Source of the DNA: an uncultured Chloroflexia bacterium
GTDB lineage: Bacteria > Chloroflexota > Dehalococcoidia > SZUA-161
Direction of reading: 5' to 3'
NCBI GenBank assembly: GCA_963847595.1
Contig: CAWKAJ010000001.1
Location: 268,729 to 332,728 of the forward strand
Length of the DNA: 64,000 nucleotides
Shown one piece after another: positions 51,529 to 61,053 of the stretch. Position numbers and translations under genes: made by a program. The notes under the pieces were generated by a model that was not told the origin of the DNA, made no database searches, and was given only the letters and a program-made list of their open reading frames with translations. Within the stretch, counting starts at the first letter, position 1. Every line of letters begins with the position of its first letter.

Positions 51529-51801
51529 TGCTCACCCCTCTACTAAATATCTATTCTTCTTAATCATATCACGTCCGTAGGCAGAGGTGACAAACGGAAC
51601 TACCTTTATATCCCGTAACATTCCGCCAAGTCGTTCTAGGTTGTAGATGCTTTTGTGGCAGAATACTTAATGACTCCTTGCGGGATGCGTGGTCATAGTA
51701 CAAAACAATCGGACATGCCCTTGTTCGTTCAGTGGTGACCTAGATGGCCGAAAGCCAAAAATGAACCACTTTTGAGAGAAAGCCTTACTGATTTTTGGCT
51801 G

Positions 51802-53385
51802 CTAGGGTACTCTAAGGATAGCCCCTGTGCTGGCTGAGGTCACCTGAGCTGAGTACCTCCTCAGATAGCTCTTGACCTCCCTCTTCAGAGGCGGCGGCGA
51901 CCACTTTGCGAGCCTTCTCTTTATTTCCTTCTGGGGCAATCTGACGTTCAGCGTCTTCTTGGGGATATCTAACTCGATGATGTCCCCTTCCTCTACGATG
52001 GCCAGGGGACCGCCCTCCATAGCCTCGGGTGAGATATGTCCTATGGCAGCCCCGCTGGTGGCTCCGGAGAACCTGCCGTCGGTAATCAGGGCTACGTCGC
52101 TTTCCAGTCTCATGCCCACTATGCTCGCCGTTGCCATGAGCATCTCCCGGAACCCGGGGCCGCCCCTGGGGCCTTCGTACCTGATAACCACCACATCGCC
52201 TTTGTTTATCCTGCCATTCTGGATGGCGTCCACTGCCTCTTCCTCGATATCGAAAACACGGGCCGGACCCGAGTGCCTGAGCATCTCAGGCCGCACCGCT
52301 GCCTGCTTCACCACCGCTCCCTCCGGAGCAAGGTTTCCGTAGAGGATAGCCAGGCCACCCTGAGAGTCGTAGGGATTGTCTATGCTCCGGATGACCTCCG
52401 GCCTGGTAATCTGGGCATCCGCGATGGCCTCGCCCAGTGTCTGCCCGCTTGCAGTGAGGGCATCGAGATGCAGCATATCTTTCTTAGAGAGCTCCTTCAT
52501 CACCGCGACCAGCCCCCCAGCCTGAAACAGGTCATCCATAAAATAAGGGCCGGCAGGGCTTAAGTTGCAGAGACGGGGCGTGGTACGGCTCATCTTGTCG
52601 AAGAGGTCGAGGTCTATATCTACCTTGGCCTCATGGGCCAGAGCCATGAGGTGCAGGATGGTGTTGGAGCTGCCCCCTATGGCCATATCCACCCTGATGG
52701 CGTTCTCGAAGGCTTTCCTGGTGAGGATCTGCGAGGGCGTTATCTGCTTATCCCATAGCTTCATCAGCGCTACCCCGGACTCCTTGGCTAATACTCGACG
52801 TTGCCCGTAGGCAGCAGGGATGCAGCTATTCCAGGCCAGGGCGATACCCAGGGCCTCGGCCATGCAGGCCATGCTGTTGGCAGTGAAGAGACCGGGACAG
52901 GCCCCACAGCCCGTAAGCTCGAACTCTAGAGCGCCCGGCCTCGCCTCCTCCCCGAATCTGCGACCAAGCATAGGCCCGCCGTTGATTATGATTGAAGGTA
53001 TATCGAGCCTCGCTGCCGCCATCATCATGCCCGGGGTAATCTTGTCACAGCCGGTGACCAGCACCATGGCATCCAGGGTGTGGGCTTCCATCATAGCCTC
53101 GATGGAGTCGGCGATCAGCTCACGGCTGGGCAGGGGATAGCACATGCCGGCATGTCCCATAGTCAGCCCATCGCAGATGGCGATGGCAGGGAACTCGAAG
53201 GGTGTCCCTCCTGCCGAGATGACTCCCTCCCTTGCCGAGTTCGCAATCTCGTTAAGATGGATGTGCCCGGGCACCAGCTCATTCTGGGAATTGACTATGG
53301 CTACCATGGGCTTCTCCATCTCCTCCATGGTGCGGCCCATAGCCTGAAAGAACATGTATCTGCATCTCACCAGGTCGCTTCTCAT
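51802..53385 (-). CDS. IlvD/EDD-family dehydratase (dihydroxy-acid or sugar-acid dehydratase)
   Basis: [34 protein letters not shown]-like cluster ligands. N-terminus may start upstream of the called Met. Confidence 0.8.
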   Translation of the reverse strand: MRSDLVRCRYMFFQAMGRTMEEMEKPMVAIVNSQNELVPGHIHLNEIANSAREGVISAGGTPFEFPAIAICDGLTMGHAGMCYPLPSRELIADSIEAMMEAHTLDAMVLVTGCDKITPGMMMAAARLDIPSIIINGGPMLGRRFGEEARPGALEFELTGCGACPGLFTANSMACMAEALGIALAWNSCIPAAYGQRRVLAKESGVALMKLWDKQITPSQILTRKAFENAIRVDMAIGGSSNTILHLMALAHEAKVDIDLDLFDKMSRTTPRLCNLSPAGPYFMDDLFQAGGLVAVMKELSKKDMLHLDALTASGQTLGEAIADAQITRPEVIRSIDNPYDSQGGLAILYGNLAPEGAVVKQAAVRPEMLRHSGPARVFDIEEEAVDAIQNGRINKGDVVVIRYEGPRGGPGFREMLMATASIVGMRLESDVALITDGRFSGATSGAAIGHISPEAMEGGPLAIVEEGDIIELDIPKKTLNVRLPQKEIKRRLAKWSPPPLKREVKSYLRRYSAQVTSASTGAILRVP

Positions 53386-53529
53386 GCCTCAAACCTCCTA
53401 TCACCTCGAATTACGCAACCGAATAAAAAGCATGCAGTCATCTATTATGCTTACATATCAGATAATGTCAAACAGATGCTTCAGTAGTAGGGATGAGGTT
53501 AAAAGAGAACGTATTGCGAGGCCACTTGC

Positions 53530-54078
53530 TTAGTCAACTTTCAGCGCGTTAACCAGCTTAGTTGCCAGTTTCTCCAAGCGCTTTCCTACGTCTTTATCTC
53601 TCGATGCTTGCTTTGGAGTCTTTGCCAGCGCAGTAACCTGCCCAATCCATCGCATACCACATATAGAGGCATAGGTCCTCAGGTTATCTACCGCCTTGCC
53701 AATGCCTTCTTCTGCAACAGCTATGCCTACAACCGACTTGGCCTCCAGCTTGGTCCAGATAGGGCAAGTCCTATCCATGAAGTTCTTGAGCATGCCGGAA
53801 AGCAATTCGAAGTACACGGGGGTGCCCAGAGCCCAGCCATCTGCCGCGAGCAGCCTGGGGTAAACCTGCTGCATGTCATCCTTAATGTGGCAAGTCCCCT
53901 TGCGCTCCTTGCCCCCGAGCTCACAGCCCAGGCAGCCGTCGCAACCCTTAATATTTAGCTCCCTTAGCAGGACCAACTCGGTTTCAACCCCGCTTTTGGC
54001 GGTCTCTTCCAGCAGCCTCCCCAGCATCCACTCCGTGTTGCCCTTCCTGGGAGAACCGCAGATGCCAATCACTTTCAT
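53530..54078 (-). CDS. NADPH-dependent FMN reductase / iron-sulfur flavoprotein (Isf)-like
   Basis: MKVIGICGSPRKGNTEWM flavodoxin-like start plus a compact Cys cluster (CDGCLGCELGGKERKGTC). Confidence 0.7.
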   Translation of the reverse strand: MKVIGICGSPRKGNTEWMLGRLLEETAKSGVETELVLLRELNIKGCDGCLGCELGGKERKGTCHIKDDMQQVYPRLLAADGWALGTPVYFELLSGMLKNFMDRTCPIWTKLEAKSVVGIAVAEEGIGKAVDNLRTYASICGMRWIGQVTALAKTPKQASRDKDVGKRLEKLATKLVNALKVD

Positions 54079-54111
54079 GCAGAAAGCTCCTCTATATCCC
54101 GTCTTCAGCTA

Positions 54112-54780
54112 TCACAACTCTATCTCTTTGACATTTCTAGGTATGATAAGTCTGGCCTCGGTTAGAGCCTGAATCTCTTTGGGTGTCCAGCCTGGCGCCA
54201 CCTCCTGCAGTCGAAGCCCTTTCTTGGGTACGACTTCGATGACAGCCAGGTCGGTTATTATTAAGTCAACGCATTCCTTAGCAGTGAGCGGATAGGTGCA
54301 TTTCTTCACAATCTTCGGCTTTCCATCCTTGGTAGTATGCTGCATCATAATAATCACACGTTTTGCACCCACTGCCAGGTCCATGGCGCCCCCTATTGTG
54401 CCTCCGAGCATTCCACTGCCTGTGTTCCAATTTGCCAGGTCTCCCTTCTCCGAGACTTGAAACCCGCCCATGATGCTTGTCAGGCGGCCGCTTCTTATCA
54501 TAATGAAGGAATCGATGACATCAAAGCACGCCATGCCGGGTGCGGGCCTGGTGAATCTGCCGCTGGCATCTATATAGTGCCAATCCGCCTTCTCGACCTC
54601 GTCCGCCTGCACCAGAGGCCCGTAGCCCAGGATGCCAGCCTCCGCTTCGAACCTGATCCCTTCGGGCACGTATAGAGCACAGAGGGTGGGAAGCCCGAAC
54701 CCCAGGTTGGCGCAGTCACCGTCCTTGAGCTCCTTGGCTGCTCTCATCGCCATGGTATCTTCGTCAAGCCTCTGTTTCAT
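54112..54780 (-). CDS. class I 3-oxoacid/glutaconate CoA-transferase subunit B
   Basis: AtoA/ScoB-like sequence. 222 aa. Confidence 0.85.
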   Translation of the reverse strand: MKQRLDEDTMAMRAAKELKDGDCANLGFGLPTLCALYVPEGIRFEAEAGILGYGPLVQADEVEKADWHYIDASGRFTRPAPGMACFDVIDSFIMIRSGRLTSIMGGFQVSEKGDLANWNTGSGMLGGTIGGAMDLAVGAKRVIIMMQHTTKDGKPKIVKKCTYPLTAKECVDLIITDLAVIEVVPKKGLRLQEVAPGWTPKEIQALTEARLIIPRNVKEIEL

Positions 54781-54834
54781 TTCACCACCTCCTAAGAACG
54801 ACCGATTCTCGTCGCCACAGGAGTTGCGACGCTA

Positions 54835-54860
54835 CAGGGCGGGTTTGAAACCCGCCCCTA
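54835..54860. repeat. GGGCGGGTTT-g-AAACCCGCCC palindromic element between the CoA-transferase A and B genes
   Basis: tacagggcgggtttgaaacccgcccctaca. Related copy at 17553-17576. Confidence 0.6.
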
Positions 54861-54867
54861 CAAATTG

Positions 54868-55656
54868 CTATTTCTGGGCAACCTTGCCAAACAGGAGATC
54901 GCGCACACTGCCTATTTGAGTCAGCAGCTCTATCAACTTCGCGCCTTTTTCGGGGGTGCCATAGCCATCTTTGGGAATCTCTACGATGCGGTCAACGAAC
55001 GCCCCGGGCGTAACCACACGCTCAGGGTCTATCTCGCCGACTTCCACTATTTTATCAGCCTCGACGATGGTGGTTCCGGCTGCCATCGCCATCATGGGCT
55101 GGTCTCCTCTGTAGCCGCCTTTGAACACCAGATTGCCCAGCTTGTCGGCCCTATGGGCTGCGATGAAGGCATAATCCGGCTTTATCGGCTCCTGGAAAAG
55201 GTATTCCTTGCCCTTGATTATCCTTTTCTCTTTCCCTTCCTCGAGCAGAGTACCCACCCCGATAGGGTCGTAGATACCGCCCAGGCCAGCGGCGCCGGCA
55301 TAGAGTCTCGAGGCCAATGTGCCGTGTCCGACAATCTCTACCTCTAACCCTTTTTCTATATATTCCTGTAAAAAAGCGCCGGCACCAAGGTTCATGATGC
55401 CTGCGATGGATGTTATCAACTTCTTCATCTGGGGAAGCAGGAGCGAGGGCAGTACAGCGTCCTCCTCGGGCCAGACCATGGGGATGAAGGTGTGGGTGAT
55501 AATGGTAAGGTCTTTTGCACCCTTTCTTTTGAGAGCGGCAATAAGGTTCTGGGGAGTAGCCGGATAGCCCCAACACTCAATGGCGATAGAAGCGCCATCG
55601 GGGATGTCGGCCACCGCTTCATCGAAACTGGCAAAGACTTTATTAATCATCAGCAC
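54868..55656 (-). CDS. class I CoA-transferase subunit A
   Basis: AtoD/ScoA-like sequence. 262 aa. Confidence 0.85.
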   Translation of the reverse strand: MLMINKVFASFDEAVADIPDGASIAIECWGYPATPQNLIAALKRKGAKDLTIITHTFIPMVWPEEDAVLPSLLLPQMKKLITSIAGIMNLGAGAFLQEYIEKGLEVEIVGHGTLASRLYAGAAGLGGIYDPIGVGTLLEEGKEKRIIKGKEYLFQEPIKPDYAFIAAHRADKLGNLVFKGGYRGDQPMMAMAAGTTIVEADKIVEVGEIDPERVVTPGAFVDRIVEIPKDGYGTPEKGAKLIELLTQIGSVRDLLFGKVAQK

Positions 55657-55684
55657 CCCTCCTGCGCGTAAGCTCCAGTCGGAG

Positions 55685-56191
55685 CTAGGTCTTGAGTCGC
55701 ACCCTATAGTGGCAAACTGATGCGCCCGTTCTCGCCGGGCTGTCGATTACCTCAGTTTTAGCAACTATTCTCTTGGTAGCAGCCGCTATCATCTTGGCGG
55801 CCAGACGTGCGCCGCTGTCGCAACACTCGGGCAGCGGTTCCCTTATCCCCAGCAGGACGAAAGGGCAGTGGCACAGAGGCTTGCCATCCTCTCCGATGGT
55901 AGCATCATAAGTAAGGTCGAAAACATTGCCCCTTTGCTTGATAGTCCAGGGCCCTATCGGCGGAGGCGCTGCTTTCACAAATTTCAGGTATTCATCCCAG
56001 CTCATGCCGGGCTGAATTCCCAGAGCGCCTGCCATAGCCATATCCTCACAGGTAACACACAGACTCTTTAGAATGGCTTTCCTGTGCTTCGGGGGGAGAC
56101 CCTTGACCGCTTCAAACATCGCAGCCATAAGGGCAGGAAGCCACGTCCGGTATATTAAGTCCCTGATGTCTTCGGGTATCTCCAGTGCCAC
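55685..56191 (-). CDS. hypothetical Cys-rich protein
   Basis: 168-aa ORF with CVTCEDM, CHCPF, CCDSG and CHY motifs. Co-directional inside the catabolic cluster. Confidence 0.45.
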   Translation of the reverse strand: MALEIPEDIRDLIYRTWLPALMAAMFEAVKGLPPKHRKAILKSLCVTCEDMAMAGALGIQPGMSWDEYLKFVKAAPPPIGPWTIKQRGNVFDLTYDATIGEDGKPLCHCPFVLLGIREPLPECCDSGARLAAKMIAAATKRIVAKTEVIDSPARTGASVCHYRVRLKT

Positions 56192-56205
56192 TCTTCACCA
56201 CCCCA

Positions 56206-56457
56206 CTAGAAGTCTCCGGGATACTTGGGCTGTTTGTTAAACCATTGCTTCGGAGATAGAAGGAACTTGAGAATCGCGATCTTCATGCAGGCTCCTACAA
56301 CGGTTGCCAGGTCTCTGAAGCTCATAGCTGCCCGGATCCTCCATTTGACAGGCTCTGTGGTATCTACATGCATAACCAGGAAATCTCCCTGACGCTTCAT
56401 TTCTACCACTTTACCCGCCAACTGGGTTTTGCCCAGACCTGTCGATCTGAAGTACAT
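56206..56457 (-). CDS. hypothetical small protein
   Basis: 83-aa ORF tightly packed between neighbours (14-nt and 21-nt gaps). Confidence 0.35.
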   Translation of the reverse strand: MYFRSTGLGKTQLAGKVVEMKRQGDFLVMHVDTTEPVKWRIRAAMSFRDLATVVGACMKIAILKFLLSPKQWFNKQPKYPGDF

Positions 56458-56478
56458 CGCTGCTTCCCTCTCTATGCC

Positions 56479-57588
56479 TCAATATGTGATTACACCACGC
56501 ATAATCTTTCCATCTATGGTGTCTTTAATAGCCTTATTGATTTGTCCAAGTGGATAGCGGGCTGAAATCAGCTTGTCCAAAGGCAGCTTGCCCGCCATAT
56601 ATAAATCTATATAGTGGGGGATATCTATCTGCGGCCGTATGCTGCCTACGGTGCAACCTGTGATTGTTATCTCTCTCAAGAAACGCCAAGCCTCGATAGA
56701 AAACGTTGCTCCTATGGGGGCTAGACCTAGAATCACTGCCATACCGCCGGGTCGAGAGTAAACTGAATGAACAGCCTGGGTCATGGCCATGGTACTGCCG
56801 ATAGCTTCAAAAGCGTAGTCCACACCACCGACGCTGAGCTCTGCAATCTTAGCTATCGGGTCATCTTTGGAGGCGTTGACCAGGTCGGTTGCTCCCATCT
56901 CCTGGGCGAACCTGAGCTTCTTATCGAGCATATCCACAGCTATGATTTGGCGTGCGCCCACCAGTTTCGCTGCCATGACTGCTGCCAACCCTACACCGCC
57001 ACAGCCGAAGACAGCGACGCTGCTCCCAGCTTTCACTCTCGCCCTGTTTATCACCGCGCCAATTCCTGTAGAAGCCCCACAGCCCAAGAGACAGACAACA
57101 TCCAGAGGTGCATCGTCTCTGACCTTGATTGCTGCCGATTCATCCACCACAGCGTATTCGGCGAATGATGACTGCGCCATGAAGTGGCTCAGTTCCTCGC
57201 CGTTCTTTCTTTTCAACCGCTTTGTGCCATCCGGCATGCTGCCCATGAGCATCGCTGTCTGTGGATAATTCTCGCAACTGGTAGGAACACCCATCATGCA
57301 GGCAGGGCATTTCCCGCAGTAAGGGGCAACGGTGAGTATCACCTTATCCCCTGACTGCAGCGTTGTTACACTGCTTCCCACCTTCTCCACGATCCCGGCT
57401 CCCTCGTGACCCAGCACCACCGGCGGAGGCGTTGCTAGGTCGCCCTTTATGCAGTGGATATCACTGTGACACACGCCGGTTGCCACCATTTTGACCAGTA
57501 CTTCTCTATCCTTAGGGTCGTCAAGCTCGACCTGTTCAATCTTCAAGGGTGTATTGAGCTCTTCCAGTACCGCTGCTTTAATCTTCAT
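56479..57588 (-). CDS. Zn-dependent alcohol dehydrogenase (MDR superfamily)
   Basis: GVCHSDIHCIKG...GHEGAGIV and structural-zinc CGKCPAC motifs. Start placed at MKIKAAV. Confidence 0.85.
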   Translation of the reverse strand: MKIKAAVLEELNTPLKIEQVELDDPKDREVLVKMVATGVCHSDIHCIKGDLATPPPVVLGHEGAGIVEKVGSSVTTLQSGDKVILTVAPYCGKCPACMMGVPTSCENYPQTAMLMGSMPDGTKRLKRKNGEELSHFMAQSSFAEYAVVDESAAIKVRDDAPLDVVCLLGCGASTGIGAVINRARVKAGSSVAVFGCGGVGLAAVMAAKLVGARQIIAVDMLDKKLRFAQEMGATDLVNASKDDPIAKIAELSVGGVDYAFEAIGSTMAMTQAVHSVYSRPGGMAVILGLAPIGATFSIEAWRFLREITITGCTVGSIRPQIDIPHYIDLYMAGKLPLDKLISARYPLGQINKAIKDTIDGKIMRGVITY

Positions 57589-57615
57589 ACTAGCCTCTCC
57601 TTCTGGCACCTACGC

Positions 57616-57641
57616 TCGGGCACAGCATGCTGTGCCCCTAC
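57616..57641. repeat. GGGCACAGCATGCTGTGCCCCTAC palindromic element
   Basis: Perfect 20-bp palindrome between the ADH start and the CrtI-like 1 stop. Confidence 0.6.
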
Positions 57642-57646
57642 AATTC

Positions 57647-59281
57647 TTAATCTCCGAAATAGCCTTTCTTGCGTGCTTTAACAATGTACTCAGGCTCTGT
57701 CCACCACTTTTTGATACTGTAGTCCTCTGCTATGGTGTTTGCCGCAATGTAGCCCGGCCCAAAGGTGACCAGGCCACCGGGATTTACGCTGGCCCCGCAG
57801 ATATAGAGGTTCTTCACAGGCGTCCTGTTGGTGGAGCATTCGTCATTAGGCCGGTTAAACGCCATCTGGAATATCTCATATGCGCCCTGCTTGAACGAGC
57901 CTTGAACCATGTTCAGGTATTTTGTGGAGAAATCCATAGGAGCTACGAAATAGGTCCAGAGCACCTTGTCCTTCGTCAGGTTGGGGACATATTTGCGCAA
58001 GGTAGCCAAGAACTGCTCTTCATGCTCGGCCCTGAGTTTGCGGTCCCACCACTTCTCTGCGCCTCCCTTCAGGTTAAAGGGAGCCATCTCGAACATGGAC
58101 GCTGTATGTCTTCCTTTGGGTGCTTGGCTCGGGTCATGAAGTGTGGGGAAGGCACAGTTGAAGGCCACTTTCGATGTCAGCTCGCCTTTCTCTATAGCCT
58201 TAAAATGATGAATCACGTCGTCCGGGGTTTCATAGCCCATCACGTACATGAGCCCTTTGTTAATATCCGGGTTATGAGCGGCAGCAGCGAAGTTGGGCGC
58301 TTCCTCCAGCGCCGCATGCAAGGAACACAGGCTCCACTTTTCCCAATGCCAGTTCTTGACCTTTTCCACGAAGTCTTTGGATAGGTTCTTTTCACCTACA
58401 TACTGCAGAAAGGTCTGGTGAGTGTCTATACTGCTAACTACAGCCTTCTCGGCCTCATACACAGTGCCATCCTCGAGCTCCACGCCCTTTGCCGCACCGT
58501 TCTCGACTATGATTCTCTTGATCCGCATACTCCCCCTGAGATGACCAGCGCCCGGCTCCTGGATGACCCTGCAGATGGAGTTGCTCAGTCTATGTGAGCC
58601 TCCAAGGCAAAGCCTGGTGTTAACCGCGCGATTCAGCATCAGTGGAACGAGGAAACCAAGTCCACCGTTATCGTATTCCAGCCCCCAGTGACTGGAGAGA
58701 TAGAGCATCAAGGTCCTAACCCGTTCATTCTCGAAGTGTTCATATACAATATCTTGGGGACTCTTGTGTTGATATTCGGACAACTCTCTGCCAATCTCTG
58801 TTTTCTCCATGCCTACCACCGCTTCAAGGGTCGGCAGAGGTTTCACATAGGTGCCGGGTGCGAGAAACTCATCCATGAAGAGCTTGAACTTATGGAAGAC
58901 CTCGCGGTATGATTTGGCATCCTTGGCGGAGAATTTCGCTATGGAATCGCAAGACCTCTCCACATCAGAGTAGAGGCAAAGACATTTCCCATCGGAGAAA
59001 GGCATCGCTACCTGCAAATCTGGGTAAACATATCTACAGCGATATTTCTCAAGCTCCAGGTCTTTATAGACAGGTGCATAGTCCACCATCATGTGGTAGA
59101 TGCAATGAGTATTATGATAGAAGCCACCTAGCGTTACCTCTTCGGTAGCAAGTCCGCCGCCTACCTCGAAATACCTTTCCAGCACCACTACTTTCTGCCC
59201 TGCTTTGCTCAAGTAGGCGGCCACGCAGAGCCCGTTGGGACCGCCACCTATGATGATGAAGTCATACTTGTACTTTGCCAT
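57647..59281 (-). CDS. CrtI/phytoene-desaturase-family FAD-dependent oxidoreductase, paralog 1
   Basis: KYDFIIIGGGPNGL dinucleotide-binding motif, C-terminal ICGASVNPGG. Start placed at MAKYKYDF. Confidence 0.75.
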   Translation of the reverse strand: MAKYKYDFIIIGGGPNGLCVAAYLSKAGQKVVVLERYFEVGGGLATEEVTLGGFYHNTHCIYHMMVDYAPVYKDLELEKYRCRYVYPDLQVAMPFSDGKCLCLYSDVERSCDSIAKFSAKDAKSYREVFHKFKLFMDEFLAPGTYVKPLPTLEAVVGMEKTEIGRELSEYQHKSPQDIVYEHFENERVRTLMLYLSSHWGLEYDNGGLGFLVPLMLNRAVNTRLCLGGSHRLSNSICRVIQEPGAGHLRGSMRIKRIIVENGAAKGVELEDGTVYEAEKAVVSSIDTHQTFLQYVGEKNLSKDFVEKVKNWHWEKWSLCSLHAALEEAPNFAAAAHNPDINKGLMYVMGYETPDDVIHHFKAIEKGELTSKVAFNCAFPTLHDPSQAPKGRHTASMFEMAPFNLKGGAEKWWDRKLRAEHEEQFLATLRKYVPNLTKDKVLWTYFVAPMDFSTKYLNMVQGSFKQGAYEIFQMAFNRPNDECSTNRTPVKNLYICGASVNPGGLVTFGPGYIAANTIAEDYSIKKWWTEPEYIVKARKKGYFGD

Positions 59282-59292
59282 CTCAATCTCCT

Positions 59293-60966
59293 TTAATATA
59301 GACGCCCTTCCCAGGGCTTCCACAGGTCGTGTTTCTGGGCAATTCTCTTGTAGCAGTTGTAACCAGCCCAGCCTGTCAATCCCAGTGAGTAATGGCAAGA
59401 GCCCGCGGCCATCCAGAAGTCCTCTATTCCAGGGATTTGGTACTGGGCAAATTCCGGTATGGGCCTCATGGCGCCCCACTGGCTGGGAGTGCCTGAGATA
59501 AGGCCCCAGTTACCATCCACGAAGTTGTCGCTTCTTTTCATAATATCCCAGGGAGTATCTATGTTGGCAGCTATGACATTATCCCAGGTCATGTTCGGGG
59601 CGTATCTCTGCCACTCTTTCAGGAAATGGTCAGGCGCCTCTTTCTTGATTTGCAGCCACTCCTTCTCAGTCCTCCAACTGGCCGGGAAGGCCATCTCCTC
59701 CAGGAGGGCAACGTGTTTCCCCGGAGGCGCATAGCTGGGGTCCCATTTGCTGTCAGTGCCCTCCCAGAGATACAGCCGTTCCGGCCAATGCCCTGGCCTG
59801 ATATGCTGGTTATTAAAGCGATACTCCCGGTCAAGATATTCGATATCAGCATCGCCCATGAATATCCAGCGGCCTTGACCGCAATCGGGGTTCCAGGCCT
59901 CCGCTTTATACTTCGGGAGCTCGTGGAAGGCGAAATGCCCCCAGAAGATGTTACCCCTGTCTGTCCTCAGCTTCGCAATCTTCCTCCGCCATTCGGCGCC
60001 CTTTGGGCCTAAATCCCGGTTACGAAGATGTCTGGCGAGGGTCTGGGTGATGACTATAGAGGTGATCACCATCTTCTTGGCCTCTATTTCGGTACCGTCG
60101 GCCAGCTTGATGCCACAGGCTCTGCCATTTTTAATCAGTATCTCGTCCACGTCGGCACCCACAAAGAACTTCCCTCCCTGTTCGCTCAGAGCCCTCTGCA
60201 GGGCATGAGTGACATTGTGCGTGCCCCCTTCGTAGACGCCGCCGCCGAAACCGAGTACCTGCATGGGAACGTTGAACATCATTACAGGCAGTGGCGCAAT
60301 ATCGTCAGGATATATGCCTGCGGAACCAAGCATTCTCAAAGAATGCGCCCTCAATTCATTGCTCTCGAAGAAATCGGAGACGTATTCGGTGGCACTCATG
60401 AACTGGTGCCTGCGTTCGAGACCTGAGGTCGGGTCGTTAAGCAAAAGTTCAACCGGGTCGATCTCGCCAGGGAGGGGAGGAGGATTCCACAGAACCTGCA
60501 TGGCGGCAAAACCCCATTGCCATACTGTGCCTTCCCCGAACCTCGCCAGCACCTCGGCATCCCTTTTCGATATCCTCTCCACCTCTTTCACGTTTTTCTC
60601 GACTACATCCTGCAGTGGGGTAATCATCCCCGTTTCCTTATCCCAGGCTATCGAGCGATAAGAGACTATGCATCTTCCGTCCGGAAATACCATAGAGCTA
60701 TGGACCGGGGGGAAAATGTAGTTGAGCCCCTTCTCGTGAAGCTTAAAGTCCTGGTTCACCGGGCTGGCAAAGAACCCCGCTACGTGAGCGCAGGGGTTGC
60801 CACGGAAACCAGACGCCGGACGCGGCTCAGTGCAGGCCCCGCCGCCCAGCTCGCGTCTCTGCTCAAATAGCCCCACCGTATACCCGTTTCTGGCCATATA
60901 ATTGGCGGCTATCAGGCCTTGGTGTCCTCCTCCAATAACCACCACATCGAAACTCGCGTCAGCCAC
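59293..60966 (-). CDS. CrtI/phytoene-desaturase-family FAD-dependent oxidoreductase, paralog 2
   Basis: FDVVVIGGGHQGL motif. 557 aa. 11-nt gap to paralog 1. Confidence 0.75.
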   Translation of the reverse strand: MADASFDVVVIGGGHQGLIAANYMARNGYTVGLFEQRRELGGGACTEPRPASGFRGNPCAHVAGFFASPVNQDFKLHEKGLNYIFPPVHSSMVFPDGRCIVSYRSIAWDKETGMITPLQDVVEKNVKEVERISKRDAEVLARFGEGTVWQWGFAAMQVLWNPPPLPGEIDPVELLLNDPTSGLERRHQFMSATEYVSDFFESNELRAHSLRMLGSAGIYPDDIAPLPVMMFNVPMQVLGFGGGVYEGGTHNVTHALQRALSEQGGKFFVGADVDEILIKNGRACGIKLADGTEIEAKKMVITSIVITQTLARHLRNRDLGPKGAEWRRKIAKLRTDRGNIFWGHFAFHELPKYKAEAWNPDCGQGRWIFMGDADIEYLDREYRFNNQHIRPGHWPERLYLWEGTDSKWDPSYAPPGKHVALLEEMAFPASWRTEKEWLQIKKEAPDHFLKEWQRYAPNMTWDNVIAANIDTPWDIMKRSDNFVDGNWGLISGTPSQWGAMRPIPEFAQYQIPGIEDFWMAAGSCHYSLGLTGWAGYNCYKRIAQKHDLWKPWEGRLY

Positions 60967-61053
60967 TGGTACCTCCTTTATCTAAAGCCCACAGCTATCA
61001 GAGGTCAGCAATTTCCTGGGGACCGACCACTTACCGCTGAGGGCTCACCAATT

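Noticed and set aside
51745-51802. IR AGCCAAAAAT...ATTTTTGGCT downstream of the IlvD-family gene as a terminator
   Set aside because: It is a plausible weak terminator, but the stem is AT-rich with a long loop. The evidence is too thin to list it as a feature.
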